A DNA stretch of 64,000 nucleotides from an uncultured delta proteobacterium. GTDB lineage: Bacteria > Desulfobacterota > Binatia > Binatales > Binataceae. The notes beneath the pieces were generated by a model. The model was not told the origin of the DNA and ran no database searches. It saw only the letters and a program-made list of their open reading frames with translations. Positions 39,121-50,049 of the stretch are shown one piece after another (within the stretch, counting starts at the first letter, position 1; the number at the start of each line of letters is the position of its first letter). The stretch covers positions 497,166-561,165 of the forward strand of contig CAVRVY010000002.1 in NCBI GenBank assembly GCA_963724765.1. Reading direction: 5' to 3'. The position numbers were made by a program, and so were the translations under genes.

Positions 39121-40617
39121 ATGCTGTCTGTAGGCTGCGAGCTGACGCGGGTCGCAGCGAGGGAGGCGCAAACTGTGGTTGATGGTGGGTCATCCGATCG
39201 AGAGCGGAGTTTGGTAGGCCTCTTCCTGGAGTTCGCTGAAAAGTTACTTGCTCCTGCGCGGTCGTTGGTCGATGGCGAGGGCATGCCGAAGCGCATCGAG
39301 CATCCATTCTTGTTTCGCGCTCCCGAGTTCTCCGGGCCCGCGGCCTCGGGTTCGACCATAAGCTTCAGCGGGGTTGAGAAGCCCGATTTCCGGGGCCTGC
39401 TGCTGGTGAATCGGGAGCGATGGGCCAAGGCGGAAGCGGAACGCTGCGCGCGAGAGCATTTTGCGCATGGTGTGCGCAGAGGCCGTCGAGTGCTCGACGA
39501 AAACTGGCAGCCGATTGCTGCCCCTACGTTCGGTCATCTCGGGAACCAGCTCGGGAGCCGACTCACCTACGAGGTGTACTACGCCTTGGCCGATTTGTGC
39601 GACCGGGTTCAGACTCTTGACCCGACCAGCGAGCAGCTGCAAGAGGCATACGAGCGTCTGACGGAAGAGTGGACTTGCCCGACGGTGATGTGGCGTTTGG
39701 CGGCGCCGCTATTAAATTTCAAGACCGAAAATTGTCCCATGCAAATCGGTCAGAGCCTCGAACTCTCGGCGCTCAGCCCTGAAGATAAAACGAGCCTCTG
39801 GAACCAGAACGCTGGGTTTGGTCCTTTTGGCGAGCCGCAGGTGATGGACCGAGGCGATCTGGCGCGCGCGCACTTCGTTCTTCGGGGCTCGTCCACTACC
39901 GGGCGCGATGAATGTGGGTTCGGGCCCGAGGTCGGGAACGAGATCTTACGGTTTTTGACAGCGCTCCGGCTGCTCAAATCGGGTGATGTCGGCGCTCCGG
40001 GAATTCTCGGTGTGAGCAACGGGCTCTTTGAGAAGTCTGCCTCTCAATACATCTTCGACGGACGAGCGCAAAACTCGAGTCGCATGTACGAGTTAGGTGC
40101 GGCCGATTGGGATGGCGTCATGAAAGTCTACGACGCCCTTGGAGCGATCGAAGACAAGATGCAAATTTCGTTGAGCCGATTTAACCAGGCTTATGGCCGG
40201 CAATCCGGGGAAGACACCATTATCGATCTGACGATCGCGCTGGAAAGTTGTCTTTTGCCGAACACAAGAAAGAAAAAGGCTCCGCTGTCGAAGCGAGGGG
40301 CGGCGCTGCTCATCAACCGGAGGAATCCGGTGGAAACGCAAGCCCTACTGAAGACGGTCTATGAAATCCGTAGCGAAATCGCCCACAACGGGAAGCCGCT
40401 CTCTGACGAAGGAGTGCGCAGGAAAGTCGAGCGGCTCGGTCCGGTTATCACGAAGGACTTTCTGCACGCCTGCGAGAATGTTGCGCGCGACGTTCTGAGG
40501 GAATCCGCCCTGCGCCTCGCCGCAGGTGGTTCACTTGCCGAACTATGCCAAGAGCTTGATCGGCAAATATTGTTGGGACTAGCGTCGTCCAGTCGCGCAT
40601 CTTCGGCGCAGAAGTGA
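39121..40617 (+). CDS. ApeA-like HEPN RNase
   Basis: DLTIALES...YEIRSEIAHNG (RxxxxH); start uncertain. Confidence 0.72.
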   Translation: MLSVGCELTRVAAREAQTVVDGGSSDRERSLVGLFLEFAEKLLAPARSLVDGEGMPKRIEHPFLFRAPEFSGPAASGSTISFSGVEKPDFRGLLLVNRERWAKAEAERCAREHFAHGVRRGRRVLDENWQPIAAPTFGHLGNQLGSRLTYEVYYALADLCDRVQTLDPTSEQLQEAYERLTEEWTCPTVMWRLAAPLLNFKTENCPMQIGQSLELSALSPEDKTSLWNQNAGFGPFGEPQVMDRGDLARAHFVLRGSSTTGRDECGFGPEVGNEILRFLTALRLLKSGDVGAPGILGVSNGLFEKSASQYIFDGRAQNSSRMYELGAADWDGVMKVYDALGAIEDKMQISLSRFNQAYGRQSGEDTIIDLTIALESCLLPNTRKKKAPLSKRGAALLINRRNPVETQALLKTVYEIRSEIAHNGKPLSDEGVRRKVERLGPVITKDFLHACENVARDVLRESALRLAAGGSLAELCQELDRQILLGLASSSRASSAQK

Positions 40618-40693
40618 GTGTCAGGGAACGAGGGTGTCCACGATGTCGGAATACGTGTCGTCGATTCTTTGCCGTTGCAAAGTCGAGGTCGGC

Positions 40694-41512
40694 TTAGGGA
40701 TTACCGTTTGGGTTTACGGGCGCTGCTAGCGGCACGATCCGCCACTCGATGCCCGCCTCGCGCAGTTCCGGGAACCGAGCTCCTGGAATGTCCGGGCAAG
40801 CGAGCAGCCGTCGTATACGGGTGGGTTCGATGTGGTTCATCTCTGCGAAGAGGCGCCGATGTCGCCCGAGTTTTCCGATCCCTTCGTCCAACTCAGACGC
40901 CTTAACCTTCACTTCGACGATAAGGTAACGCGTTTCGCGATCGCGAAAGAGCAGGTCGAGGAAACCCGATTCACCTGATGCACCCGAAACCGGATGTTCC
41001 GCACCGAGGGATGTGAGTCCCGGTTCGAGCACGTCGGGGTTGGCGATCAGATGCTCGACGATACGGTCGTGATCTCGTTCACGGCCTTTGCGTCGGCCGC
41101 CCACAGTCCAAGGCTCGCCAGCGAGAAGGTGCTCAAGAAAGTCCTCGGGCGGTACGTAGCCGCCTTCCAGCATGCACGGGAACGCTTGGCAGAGCTCGCC
41201 GCCTGCGTATACGAGCAGGAATTGTAGCGGGAACCATTCATAGGGATATTTCCTGCTCCCGAACCGCACTTTGATCTTGCGCCGCATCGCGAGTTCGCGA
41301 AGCTGACGGAGAAGCTCCTTCCCTTCCGCTTCTTTCTCGAAAGCCTCGTGCTGCTCGCGGACTTCGAAGCTGTCAATCATCGCGCGGGTTTTCGCCTGGG
41401 CGAGCTGATCCAGTATGCGAGCGTGGATTCGTCTGATAGCGTCATCGGCGAGTACCGCGGGTTTATAGCCGTAAACGATTCGAAGCGCGGACAAGTTGGC
41501 AGGTTCGCCCAT
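40694..41512 (-). CDS. Protein with a C-terminal NucS-like PD-(D/E)xK nuclease domain
   Basis: NPDVLEPGL, GFLDLLFRD...LIVEVK, GIGKLGRH. Confidence 0.72.
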   Translation of the reverse strand: MGEPANLSALRIVYGYKPAVLADDAIRRIHARILDQLAQAKTRAMIDSFEVREQHEAFEKEAEGKELLRQLRELAMRRKIKVRFGSRKYPYEWFPLQFLLVYAGGELCQAFPCMLEGGYVPPEDFLEHLLAGEPWTVGGRRKGRERDHDRIVEHLIANPDVLEPGLTSLGAEHPVSGASGESGFLDLLFRDRETRYLIVEVKVKASELDEGIGKLGRHRRLFAEMNHIEPTRIRRLLACPDIPGARFPELREAGIEWRIVPLAAPVNPNGNP

Positions 41513-41516
41513 CTCG

Positions 41517-42023
41517 CTATCTCGCGCCGGCCACGAACCTGAATCCCCAGTCGGGCCCTATTTCGAGCATTTCATTGAGCGTCGCGCCGGCGGGAGCACC
41601 ACGTACTGTGACCGCAAGCTGGACCGGCACTCTTTCCGGCGCGTCATGAGGATCTGAAATCAAGGAGGGATCGATGCGACCGTGACTATCGATGCCGAAG
41701 ACGCATCGGCGCCCCGCGAGTTCAAACTGTACGTTGCGAGGCGAGACGATAAGGGTAACGGCTCTATCGTCTGGCAATGAAGGATCGTGAAGCTCTAAAA
41801 AATCCTGACTGCGTCCGCGATCGAATTCCCACAGGACTCCGGTGCTTGCGCGCAGAGCGAGCAAAATAAACCCAGCCAAGCCTCTGCGCCTGCTATCTGC
41901 ACTCCAGCCCCTCCCGTTTCTCCATCGTTGATCGTGCGAAAACAACTGGCCTAGCCGATATTCCAAGAGCTTGCGCTGAATTTCCTCAAGAGAAACCACC
42001 ACCGCCGCCATCTTTGCCAACAC
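41517..42023 (-). CDS. Hypothetical protein, coupled to the nuclease gene
   Basis: 168-aa ORF with AGGAGG RBS; ends 4 bp before the next start. Confidence 0.55.
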   Translation of the reverse strand: MLAKMAAVVVSLEEIQRKLLEYRLGQLFSHDQRWRNGRGWSADSRRRGLAGFILLALRASTGVLWEFDRGRSQDFLELHDPSLPDDRAVTLIVSPRNVQFELAGRRCVFGIDSHGRIDPSLISDPHDAPERVPVQLAVTVRGAPAGATLNEMLEIGPDWGFRFVAGAR

Positions 42024-42226
42024 CTCCTGAGATTGAATCCAACATACCAGAAGCGCACCTTGAATGCGTTTCTCTAGGAATGGAGTTTTGCACAGGCGGT
42101 CCGGCCACTGCCGCCGACCAAGAAAAGGGTTGGAGTTCGAATCAATGAGAGTATAAGCCTGACGGGTTTCGACAGTCTTCGCACGGGCGGACTGTTCTAG
42201 GGGTTCGCCATGGGCGCTCTATGAAC

Positions 42227-42784
42227 TCAATCCGACCTAAAACCGATTCGGCGCCGGTTGGGATCTGGGGGTGTCATCAGATCGCGGATGGCGTCAAAGA
42301 CGACCTTGAATTGCGCGTTGTACTTCTTTTCGAGGGCATCGAGTTTCCGGGCAAGGTCGGCGTGAGAGGCGAGCATTTGGCGCAGGCGGACGAAGGCACG
42401 CATGATCTCGACGTTGACCTGGATAGCGCGCTTGCTGTGAAGGACGCTTGAGAGCATCGCGACTCCTTGTTCGGTGAAGGCGTAGGGCGCGGCGCGCCTG
42501 AGGCCGCCCCAACTTGAAGTCACATTCTGTGATTTCAAGATGCCGAACTCCTCGTCGTTGAGCTGGAACATGAAGTCGGCGGGGAAGCGTTCGAGGTTCC
42601 GCTTGACGGCCTGAACTAGCGCGCGCGCCTCGACGCTGTAGAGCTGGGCAAGATCAGTGCTGAGCATGACTCTATGGCTGCGCAACAGAAAGATCCGTTG
42701 TTCGATCAGTTCGGCCACAGGAGCGGACGGCTCAGCAGGCGAAGGTTGACGCCTATTCGGATGACGGCGCTGGATGTTAGCCAT
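42227..42784 (-). CDS. ORF6N-domain DNA-binding protein
   Basis: [11 protein letters not shown]...[38 protein letters not shown]. Confidence 0.9.
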   Translation of the reverse strand: MANIQRRHPNRRQPSPAEPSAPVAELIEQRIFLLRSHRVMLSTDLAQLYSVEARALVQAVKRNLERFPADFMFQLNDEEFGILKSQNVTSSWGGLRRAAPYAFTEQGVAMLSSVLHSKRAIQVNVEIMRAFVRLRQMLASHADLARKLDALEKKYNAQFKVVFDAIRDLMTPPDPNRRRIGFRSD

Positions 42785-42809
42785 ACACTTTTCTGCCCGA
42801 ACCGACTCA

Positions 42810-44030
42810 TTAGATCTTACTGGTCGCTTTGCCCATCGTCGTTGTGCCGTTGCCGCTCCCATAGCGCGCTGTGCCTGGACTCATCGGCGTGGTGCTCGGA
42901 GCGCGCGCCGGCATGACCGACGTGCCGCGAACATCTTTAGGTGCGGGGACCCGTTGTCCGCTGTCAGGACCCAGATTGCTCAGTTGTTGAGTCTGTCGGC
43001 CGAAGTCCATCGCCTTGACCCAGCCGGCGCCTTCGCTGTTATTGCCCGCGCTGCCGTTGCCGAGTTGCGCGGCTTTGCTAAATCCGGTCTGGAGCGCGCT
43101 AGTAATCGGCCGAATGACTGTCTGAGCGATAAACGCAGCCTCGAAGGCATGGCTCAGAGCGAGGCCGACTGTGCCACCGGCAATGCTGGAGGCCATATGG
43201 GGAACGGCAATGCTCACAATCATGAAGACGATTGCAAAGGCGGTGTAGGTGAGCATCGCTGAGACCGGCAAGCTCCCGGAGCAAACTGTCGTTATGATTG
43301 AGCTTGGCGGGACGCCATAAGTGGTCCACCAAGGGAGCGTGCTCGGAACCGGCTTGCAGGCGGCAAGCAACGCAGCGCTCCACTGCGTGGCCATTTGAAC
43401 ACCAATTGCGAGTACAAGGTAGAAAAACAAGAGTCGAACCCCTACACGGAGGACGTAGCCGAAGTAACCCTCGGCGGCAGGGGCAGTGAAACGGTTCGCT
43501 CCGAGAGCAAGTAGGATCACACCTCCACCAACAACGAGGTACGATTCGATCAAGGTGAGTAACAGCATCGACGCAGTGATGACAAAAGCAAGCAGAACAA
43601 CGAAGGCCGATACGCTCTGCACTATCGCAAGTTCGATGTTCGTGATCATACTGGCGTTGGCTGGCGCGTTGAAGATTGTGCTGGCCATGTTGCTCCCGAG
43701 CTGGAGTACGGTCTGCGGGCTGAGCGCTGGAAGCCCTGTGACGGCGGCGCCTATCGCAGAAAAGCTCTTAATCACGGCAGTCATCCAAGAGAAGGCGTTT
43801 ACGATCATCAGATAGACAAACCCGCCGCTGAGCATGTGCTTCAGAAGGCGGCCCAGAAAATGGGGAGCATCAAGCTGCCCTTCCGCGTTGAACTGAATCC
43901 ACGTAACGAGGATGTCGATGAGCAGCAGGGCAACGAAGAGTTTGATGGCATACGGCTCGATCGCTGCGCTGTAGTTCGCCCCTGCGGTATAGAATTGGTT
44001 AGCAATATCGTTGAAATTTGAAGCGAGCAC
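42810..44030 (-). CDS. trbL: TrbL (VirB6)
   Basis: Polytopic; [19 protein letters not shown]; Gly/Ser-rich tail; position after trbJ. Confidence 0.88.
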   Translation of the reverse strand: MLASNFNDIANQFYTAGANYSAAIEPYAIKLFVALLLIDILVTWIQFNAEGQLDAPHFLGRLLKHMLSGGFVYLMIVNAFSWMTAVIKSFSAIGAAVTGLPALSPQTVLQLGSNMASTIFNAPANASMITNIELAIVQSVSAFVVLLAFVITASMLLLTLIESYLVVGGGVILLALGANRFTAPAAEGYFGYVLRVGVRLLFFYLVLAIGVQMATQWSAALLAACKPVPSTLPWWTTYGVPPSSIITTVCSGSLPVSAMLTYTAFAIVFMIVSIAVPHMASSIAGGTVGLALSHAFEAAFIAQTVIRPITSALQTGFSKAAQLGNGSAGNNSEGAGWVKAMDFGRQTQQLSNLGPDSGQRVPAPKDVRGTSVMPARAPSTTPMSPGTARYGSGNGTTTMGKATSKI

Positions 44031-44060
44031 GGGAGTCTCTCCTTTAACGGATCCCGCCTC

Positions 44061-44249
44061 CTACGGCTGTTTCGGCGGTGGCGCATCATGGAAGATGTCG
44101 GGAATGCCGGACGGAGCAGGCGCCGCGAACATCGCGCGCGATGGTTCTCGCGTTTCGTGCTGTTCGTAAAGGTGCCAGGCACCATAGAGCACAGCGCAAA
44201 CGCCGATGATCGCGAACGCTAGGACTAGCGGGTTTTTGATTAGCTTCAT
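44061..44249 (-). CDS. Small TrbK-like entry exclusion candidate
   Basis: Lies between trbJ and trbL; N-terminal TM segment; C-terminus shared with TrbJ. Confidence 0.55.
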   Translation of the reverse strand: MKLIKNPLVLAFAIIGVCAVLYGAWHLYEQHETREPSRAMFAAPAPSGIPDIFHDAPPPKQP

Positions 44250-44274
44250 TGCTGCAACCCTCCATTCCTAGAGT

Positions 44275-45024
44275 TTAAGGCTGTGGAGGCGGGGGAGCAT
44301 CGTGGAAGATGTCGGGAGTTCCCGGCGGAGGTGGTGCGGAAAATAGCGCTTGTGCCTCAAGATTGCTTTGGACCTGATTGTTGACCTGGTTCGCCGCTGC
44401 GACGTTTTGCGAATTCATCTCGGCCATTACGAGCTGGCGGAGCATTTGAACCTGCTGCACCTGCGCGAGCGCGATTTCGTTGCTGACCTGAACCGCCTGC
44501 AGATTGCCTATCGCCGTCTGGTTCTTAAGCTCAAGGTTCTGCAGCGTCGCCTGTTCGGCTTGGAAGTTCTGGGCCTGCGCCTGCGCTGAAGCGAGCGCAC
44601 CGTTGAGCGTGTTCAGCGTGGTCTCGACCGTCGTCTGAGGACTCTGGACCCCCGCGGTCGAGGCAGCGTTGTAGCCCGGATAGAGCTGCTGGAACTGCTG
44701 CGTGAGGCCCTGAAAGGTATACGAGAGTCCTTCCTGCTCGATTGATCAGATCGCCGAGGTTCGTAAGCAGATTCTGGTTCGACTGCCAGACACCTGCGCC
44801 GCCGCCGGTCGTGTTCTTGATCGCGTACTGTAGTTGCTGAGCGAGGTTCGTGACGGTAGCGGTTTCCTGCTGAAGCTGCTGGAGCTGGCGCGCGAACATA
44901 TTCGGGTCGAAGACAATCTGCGAGCCGCCGAACTGTGCGTGGGCAGGAATCGGACAGCAACCAGCGGGCAAACAACTGCAGCCAAGACGGCGGACAAAAA
45001 TCGGCAGAATCTTTTCGATTTCAT
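44275..45024 (-). CDS. trbJ: TrbJ (VirB5-like), frameshifted
   Basis: Signal peptide, IVFDPNM, Gln-rich, QQVQMLRQLVMA. Confidence 0.82.
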
Positions 45025-47546
45025 TGATGTATCTCCCCTTGATGAACTTTTCCGTTGGTGTGGAACGGCGGGATGCCGTTCACACTCAGGATCGCGTCGG
45101 TCGGGCGTTTCGACATGACCGTGGAGTCTGTCGAGATACTCGGCCCAGTCGTGCAATCCGCGCGCGCGAAGCCACTCGACGGTCCAGCGCTCTCCGTGCT
45201 GTTCGATCATCCGCCGCGCGGCGAGTATGTCGTCCTTCGATCCGGCGCCGATGAAGGCGAGCGCAGCGGGACCCAGCGAGAACTGGAACAGTCGGCGCCC
45301 CAGCGGTGAAACATAGTAGTAGTGCCGCTTTGGCGTGGCGTCAGCGATGATTTCGATCTGCCGGTCGGAGAGTCCGAATCGCCGGTACATCTCCCGTGTC
45401 GCGCTGTTTTTCGCCTCGGGGTTGGGCAGATAGAGCTTGGTCGGACAGGACTCGAGAATTACATCGCGATGAGGCGAATTGGCGATTTCGCTCAAGCTCT
45501 GGGTGGCGAGCACGACTGCCGCATTCTTTTTGCGCAGCGTACGCAGCCACTCCTCGATCTTCGGCTCCGAAGACGCTGTTGGTGAGCATGATCCACGCTT
45601 CATCGAGGATGATGAGCGTGGGCCTGACCGTCGAGGCGCTGATCGATGCGGTGAAACAGATAGGTCGCGACGGGCACCACAACCTTCGGCCCCATTGCCA
45701 TGAGCGTTTCGAGCTCGAAGGTGACGAATCGCCCTTCGAGCATCACGTCATGGTCCGCGTCGAGGAAACGCCCGAGCGGTCCTGCGAGCGAGAAGGCGGC
45801 CAGTCCGTCGCGCACCACGTTGTCCTGGACTTGAGTGACGAGGTTGCTGATGGTGCGCTGCTCCGCCGGACCCTCCGCTACCAGCGTGAGGCCGCGCCAC
45901 AACGCCTTGCGCTGATTGGGGACGAGCCGCACGCCCTGAAGTTCGAGCCAGTCTTCGAGCAAGGCCCTGCAGCTTCATGCGGTCGGTCTCATCGTCGATG
46001 CGGGCGAGCGGGCAAAGGGCACCTCCTCCTCTCCGAGGTCGAGGTGCTGCCCGCCCAGAGCCTTGGTGAGAACATAGGCGGAGTAGCCCTTGTCGAAGAA
46101 AAAGATTTGCCCGTCAGGGACCGCACGGAAGTTCGCCGCGATCGCGCCGAGCGCGACGCTCTTGCCGCTGCCGGTCGGACCGTAGATGCCGGTGTGGCCG
46201 GTGTCGCCGACGTGAAGATTGAGACGGAACGGCGTGCTGCCCGTGGTCGCGCCGTAGCACAGCGCCGGCGTGTCCTTCGGGTAGTAGGGGCAGGGGTTGG
46301 TCGCGAGGCCCGCCCAGATGCTCGTTAGCGGCAGAATGTCCGCAAGGTTCTGCGTGTTGACCAGCGGACGGCGCACGTCGTACCAGCCGTGTCCGGGAAG
46401 CGATCCGAGCCAAGCCTCTACGGCGTTGATGGTCTCGATCCGCGGATCGAAGCCCATGTTCTGGCAGACCTTGAAGACTAGCTGGGCGTTTTCGTCGGCG
46501 ACGTCGGCCCGGTCCTCGGTGATGATCACCTTTGGCGTGACGTAGCAATATCGGACCGCGCCGCCCTCGGCCTCGGTGATCGCCTCGTCCGCGTCGGCCG
46601 CCATCCTGAGCGCGTGCTGGTTCTGGAAGGCCGCTCCCGCGCCGGAGCCGAAATGTTCGCTGATGACGCCCCGAAGTCCGAGCCGCTTCTGGAACCAGTT
46701 GCGCCGGTATACCGTGAGCTGGCTGATCGCCGTCCGCGGCCCTACGGGAATCCCGCGCGTCGAGTAGCGATAAGATATCGGTAACTCGCTCAAGAACGCG
46801 GCCATCTCCGCATAGGAGAATGGAGGGAAGCCGGCGAGCGCGATGACGCGAATGTGCCTTCCGCCGATGCGCGGTTTGAAGCCGGCGATCAAGTCCTGAT
46901 TGCCGAGAACCGCGTCCAGATAAGTTGGCGTTCTCGGCGCGGCGACTTCGCACATCCGTCCGTTGATGCAGCTTGCGAGATGCGACAGCAGAGCGGGCAT
47001 ATCCAGCGGAGTCAATTTCCAGACGGGGCTTATCGCATCTTCAAATTCGCGGAGTCGCTGCTTGAACCATTCGAGCTGTCGTCGCCAGTCGGCGCGCGAC
47101 GGCGTGCCCGTCAGAAAGACACCCGCGATCCGCGTTTGCGTGTCGGCCGGCGGGCGATACGTGATGGTGAGAACGCATCTCGTCTCGAAGTGCTGGCCCT
47201 CGGCCGAGTATTGAATCTCCCGCTCGCGATCGAGCGTCGCGCTGACGGGATCGGGAAACGTGCGGCTCGGGTAATCGACGCTCGGATGACGGATGAGGTC
47301 GATGTTGTACATGAAGCCGTCATCCAGACGCGCAAGCGCGCGATTGGCCTGCGCGCGGTGGGCGTCGAGCTCTTCGACGCTCGCGGAATTGAGATCGAGC
47401 CCCGCACACTCGAAGGCCGACAGGAACGCGCCGTCCTTCATCGCGATGGTGTAATCGTCGATCGGGATCGCGTAGTTGAGCTGGTCGGGCAGACCGAGCA
47501 GCCTGCCGCGCTTTCGTCTTAAATCCTTGAACTCTTTGAGGAACAT
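45021..47546 (-). CDS. trbE: TrbE (VirB4 ATPase), frameshifted
   Basis: GPTGSGKS, FDKGYS, IILDEAW, LRKKNAAVVLATQSL. Confidence 0.92.
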
Positions 47547-47564
47547 ACTTCTTCCTCTCGCTCC

Positions 47565-47906
47565 TTACGCGCGCATCTCCTTGGGCGTCGGTACAGATGC
47601 GCGGATTCGGGGTGGCGATGCCGAGATTGGGGCGCGCGCCGGATAATAGTCCTGATAGCGGATGTGGCGGACGTAGACCTGGCTCAGTTGCGGATCGAAT
47701 TTCGCTGCCTGGACCAACGCCCAGTGGCCGACGGTCAGCAGGAACGCTCCCATGGCGACCGTGTACCAATGGAGCCCGCCGCCGAAAATCAAGGCGGCGG
47801 CGGTGATCCAGTTTGCGATCGCCAAGGGTCGCTCCGCCCCCGCCAGCAGAATCGGCCGGGTAAGCGATTGATGAATCGCGCTTACTCGCCGCTCGCCTTC
47901 AGCCAT
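47565..47906 (-). CDS. trbD: TrbD (VirB3)
   Basis: IHQSLTRPILLAGAER...KFDPQ...Y. Confidence 0.88.
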   Translation of the reverse strand: MAEGERRVSAIHQSLTRPILLAGAERPLAIANWITAAALIFGGGLHWYTVAMGAFLLTVGHWALVQAAKFDPQLSQVYVRHIRYQDYYPARAPISASPPRIRASVPTPKEMRA

Positions 47907-47924
47907 CGTCCTATCCTCCTCCGC

Positions 47925-48275
47925 CTAGAAGAGCGCTCCGCCCATCGGGAAGAGCGTCGTCATCACTTGGGTGGCCCCAAGCGCACAAGCCCCACCGAAC
48001 GCGAGCGAGGACATCTTGCGCACGCCGGTTCCGTGCTCGCTGACCGACCACATGATGCCGGTACCGATGACGGCTGCGGTGGTGATCGCGTGGGCGACCG
48101 GTCCCTGCAGGTCGGTCTGTAGCGTCGTCAGCGGGTGTCCCACGGGCAGCGCTCCGCCCGCGGCGATTGCTGCGAAGGCCCTGACTGGCCAGACAAAAGT
48201 GATCATTCCGTAGGCGTAAACGATCGATGATGCCCATTTTCTCCACGCGCCTTTCTTTCCTTCCAGCCGCTTCAT
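47925..48275 (-). CDS. trbC: TrbC (VirB2 pilin)
   Basis: PLTTLQTDLQGPVA, two hydrophobic helices, terminal GGAL. Confidence 0.85.
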   Translation of the reverse strand: MKRLEGKKGAWRKWASSIVYAYGMITFVWPVRAFAAIAAGGALPVGHPLTTLQTDLQGPVAHAITTAAVIGTGIMWSVSEHGTGVRKMSSLAFGGACALGATQVMTTLFPMGGALF

Positions 48276-48315
48276 TTCGCGTACCTCCTCTTCATTCGCA
48301 GATGACTTCAAAACG

Positions 48316-49302
48316 CTATTGCCCTGAGCCTTTGCTTGACTGCGTGTCTGGGGAAGTGAGTATGAATCCATCGGTCGCGCTGTATCCGTCGACGCGAACC
48401 AGTTCTTTCACGCGCCGTCCCGCAGGCGTGCGGACGATGAATGCGAGCAGGTTGATGGTCTCGGCGATGAGTTCCGGTTGCGGCGGAACGCCGGCCTCCT
48501 GCACGAGGCTGGAGAGCCTCGTGAGCGCGGCCTTGGCGCTGTTGGCGTGGATCGTTGTAACTCCGCCCGGATGGCCGGTGTTCCACGCCTTGAGCAGTGC
48601 GAGCGCTTCGGCGCCGCGCACCTCGCCGATGATTATGCGGTCGGGACGCAGTCGCATGGTCGTCCGCACCAGCCGCGTCATGTCCGCGGCCTCGGCGGTG
48701 TGAAGCTGAACGAGGTTCTTCGCGCGGCACTGGATTTCGAAAGTGTCCTCGATGATCACGTAGCGCTCGTTCGGATCGGAACGCTCGACCATTTCGTTGA
48801 TGAGCGCGCCGGCCAGCGTGGTCTTGCCCGAGCCGGTTCCGCCCGCGATTACGACGTTGCGTCGCGAATCGATGGCTTCACGCAGGATGTCGGCCTGCGC
48901 ATCGCGCAGGATCTCGTCGCGCACGTAATCGTCGAGCGTGTAGAGCACCTGGGCCGGCTTGCGCATGACGCAACACGGCTTTCGGGCGACCGGCGGAAGC
49001 AGTCCCTCGAAGCGGATTCCTCCGATCGGGAGTTCGCCTTCGACAATCGGATTGGCCGTATTCACCACGTTGCCGAGTGACGAGGCGACCGTGCCGATCA
49101 GGCTTTCGACCTGCGAAGCCGCGAGCACTAGACCGGCTTCGTGCATTCCCTTCGCGTACGATTCGAACCAGACCCGACCGTCCTCGTTGACGATGATCTC
49201 GGTGACGTTCGGATCGGCGATCGCCGCGAGAATCCGTGGGCCAAGTTGCCTCCGGAGCAGCTCGTCCAGCCGCCGCTCCTGGGTCTGCTGCGCCGAGATC
49301 AT
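48316..49302 (-). CDS. trbB: TrbB (VirB11 ATPase)
   Basis: GGTGSGKTT, RLRPDRIIIGEVRG, WNTGHPGG. Confidence 0.93.
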   Translation of the reverse strand: MISAQQTQERRLDELLRRQLGPRILAAIADPNVTEIIVNEDGRVWFESYAKGMHEAGLVLAASQVESLIGTVASSLGNVVNTANPIVEGELPIGGIRFEGLLPPVARKPCCVMRKPAQVLYTLDDYVRDEILRDAQADILREAIDSRRNVVIAGGTGSGKTTLAGALINEMVERSDPNERYVIIEDTFEIQCRAKNLVQLHTAEAADMTRLVRTTMRLRPDRIIIGEVRGAEALALLKAWNTGHPGGVTTIHANSAKAALTRLSSLVQEAGVPPQPELIAETINLLAFIVRTPAGRRVKELVRVDGYSATDGFILTSPDTQSSKGSGQ

Positions 49303-49799
49303 GCGTTGTCTCCGTCAGACTCCGCGTTGGAGTTGTGTTCTTCGCGACGAACGTCGTTCTGAGGCTCATCGCCGTTTGCAACCGCCTTCTTCCCACTCGC
49401 GCCCGGAGATTCCATCTGCCTGATGGTGTCTTCGACTTCGAGCCGCCATCCATGGTGCCGCCGCTCTCCACTGGCCAGAGCTTGTTCGCGCTGGGCCTCG
49501 GGAATCTCCGGCAGGTGGGTCAGCATGCTCAGCGCGAATTGATCGAGCATGGTGAGAAGCATCGTCACCTGTTTGCTCAGCGGCCGGATTGCTTGGGCGA
49601 TGTACGCTCGATTCGCGTCGATGATTTTCTTTTCGGTTGCGGCCAGCTTGGACTCGGACAGGCTCACGGCTGAATGTCCGTTTGAATGGACCAGACGCTC
49701 CTGGATGTAACGTGAGAGCGAAAGGCCAGCCTCTTCAGCCTCTTCCTTCAACCGCGCGAAGTCGTCGCCGCCGACATACGCTGTAAGTTGTCGCCTCAA
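49299..49799 (-). CDS. CopG/RHH-like protein between traG and trbB
   Basis: RQLTAYV...LSLSRYIQE; same position as in Tn4371-like ICEs. Confidence 0.6.
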   Translation of the reverse strand: MRRQLTAYVGGDDFARLKEEAEEAGLSLSRYIQERLVHSNGHSAVSLSESKLAATEKKIIDANRAYIAQAIRPLSKQVTMLLTMLDQFALSMLTHLPEIPEAQREQALASGERRHHGWRLEVEDTIRQMESPGASGKKAVANGDEPQNDVRREEHNSNAESDGDNA

Positions 49800-50049
49800 A
49801 GTAGTCTCTCCTTCTTCCGTCCGCGGTTGGTTGCGGCTGCTGGGTCGGCCGCCGTGATCGACGGCAAATTTCAGAAACGCGAGCTGCGCGCTCGGCTGGC
49901 GGTTGATCCGGCGCTGCGACAGAGTTGGGTTCCGGCTGCTGACTCGATCCGGGCAGAGACTTTCCGTCTGCGGCGTGATTCGCTTGGATATGGGTGATGC
50001 CGTCACCGCTTCCTGCGTTCTCTCCTTGGCAGGCGGCTTCGCGATACGG

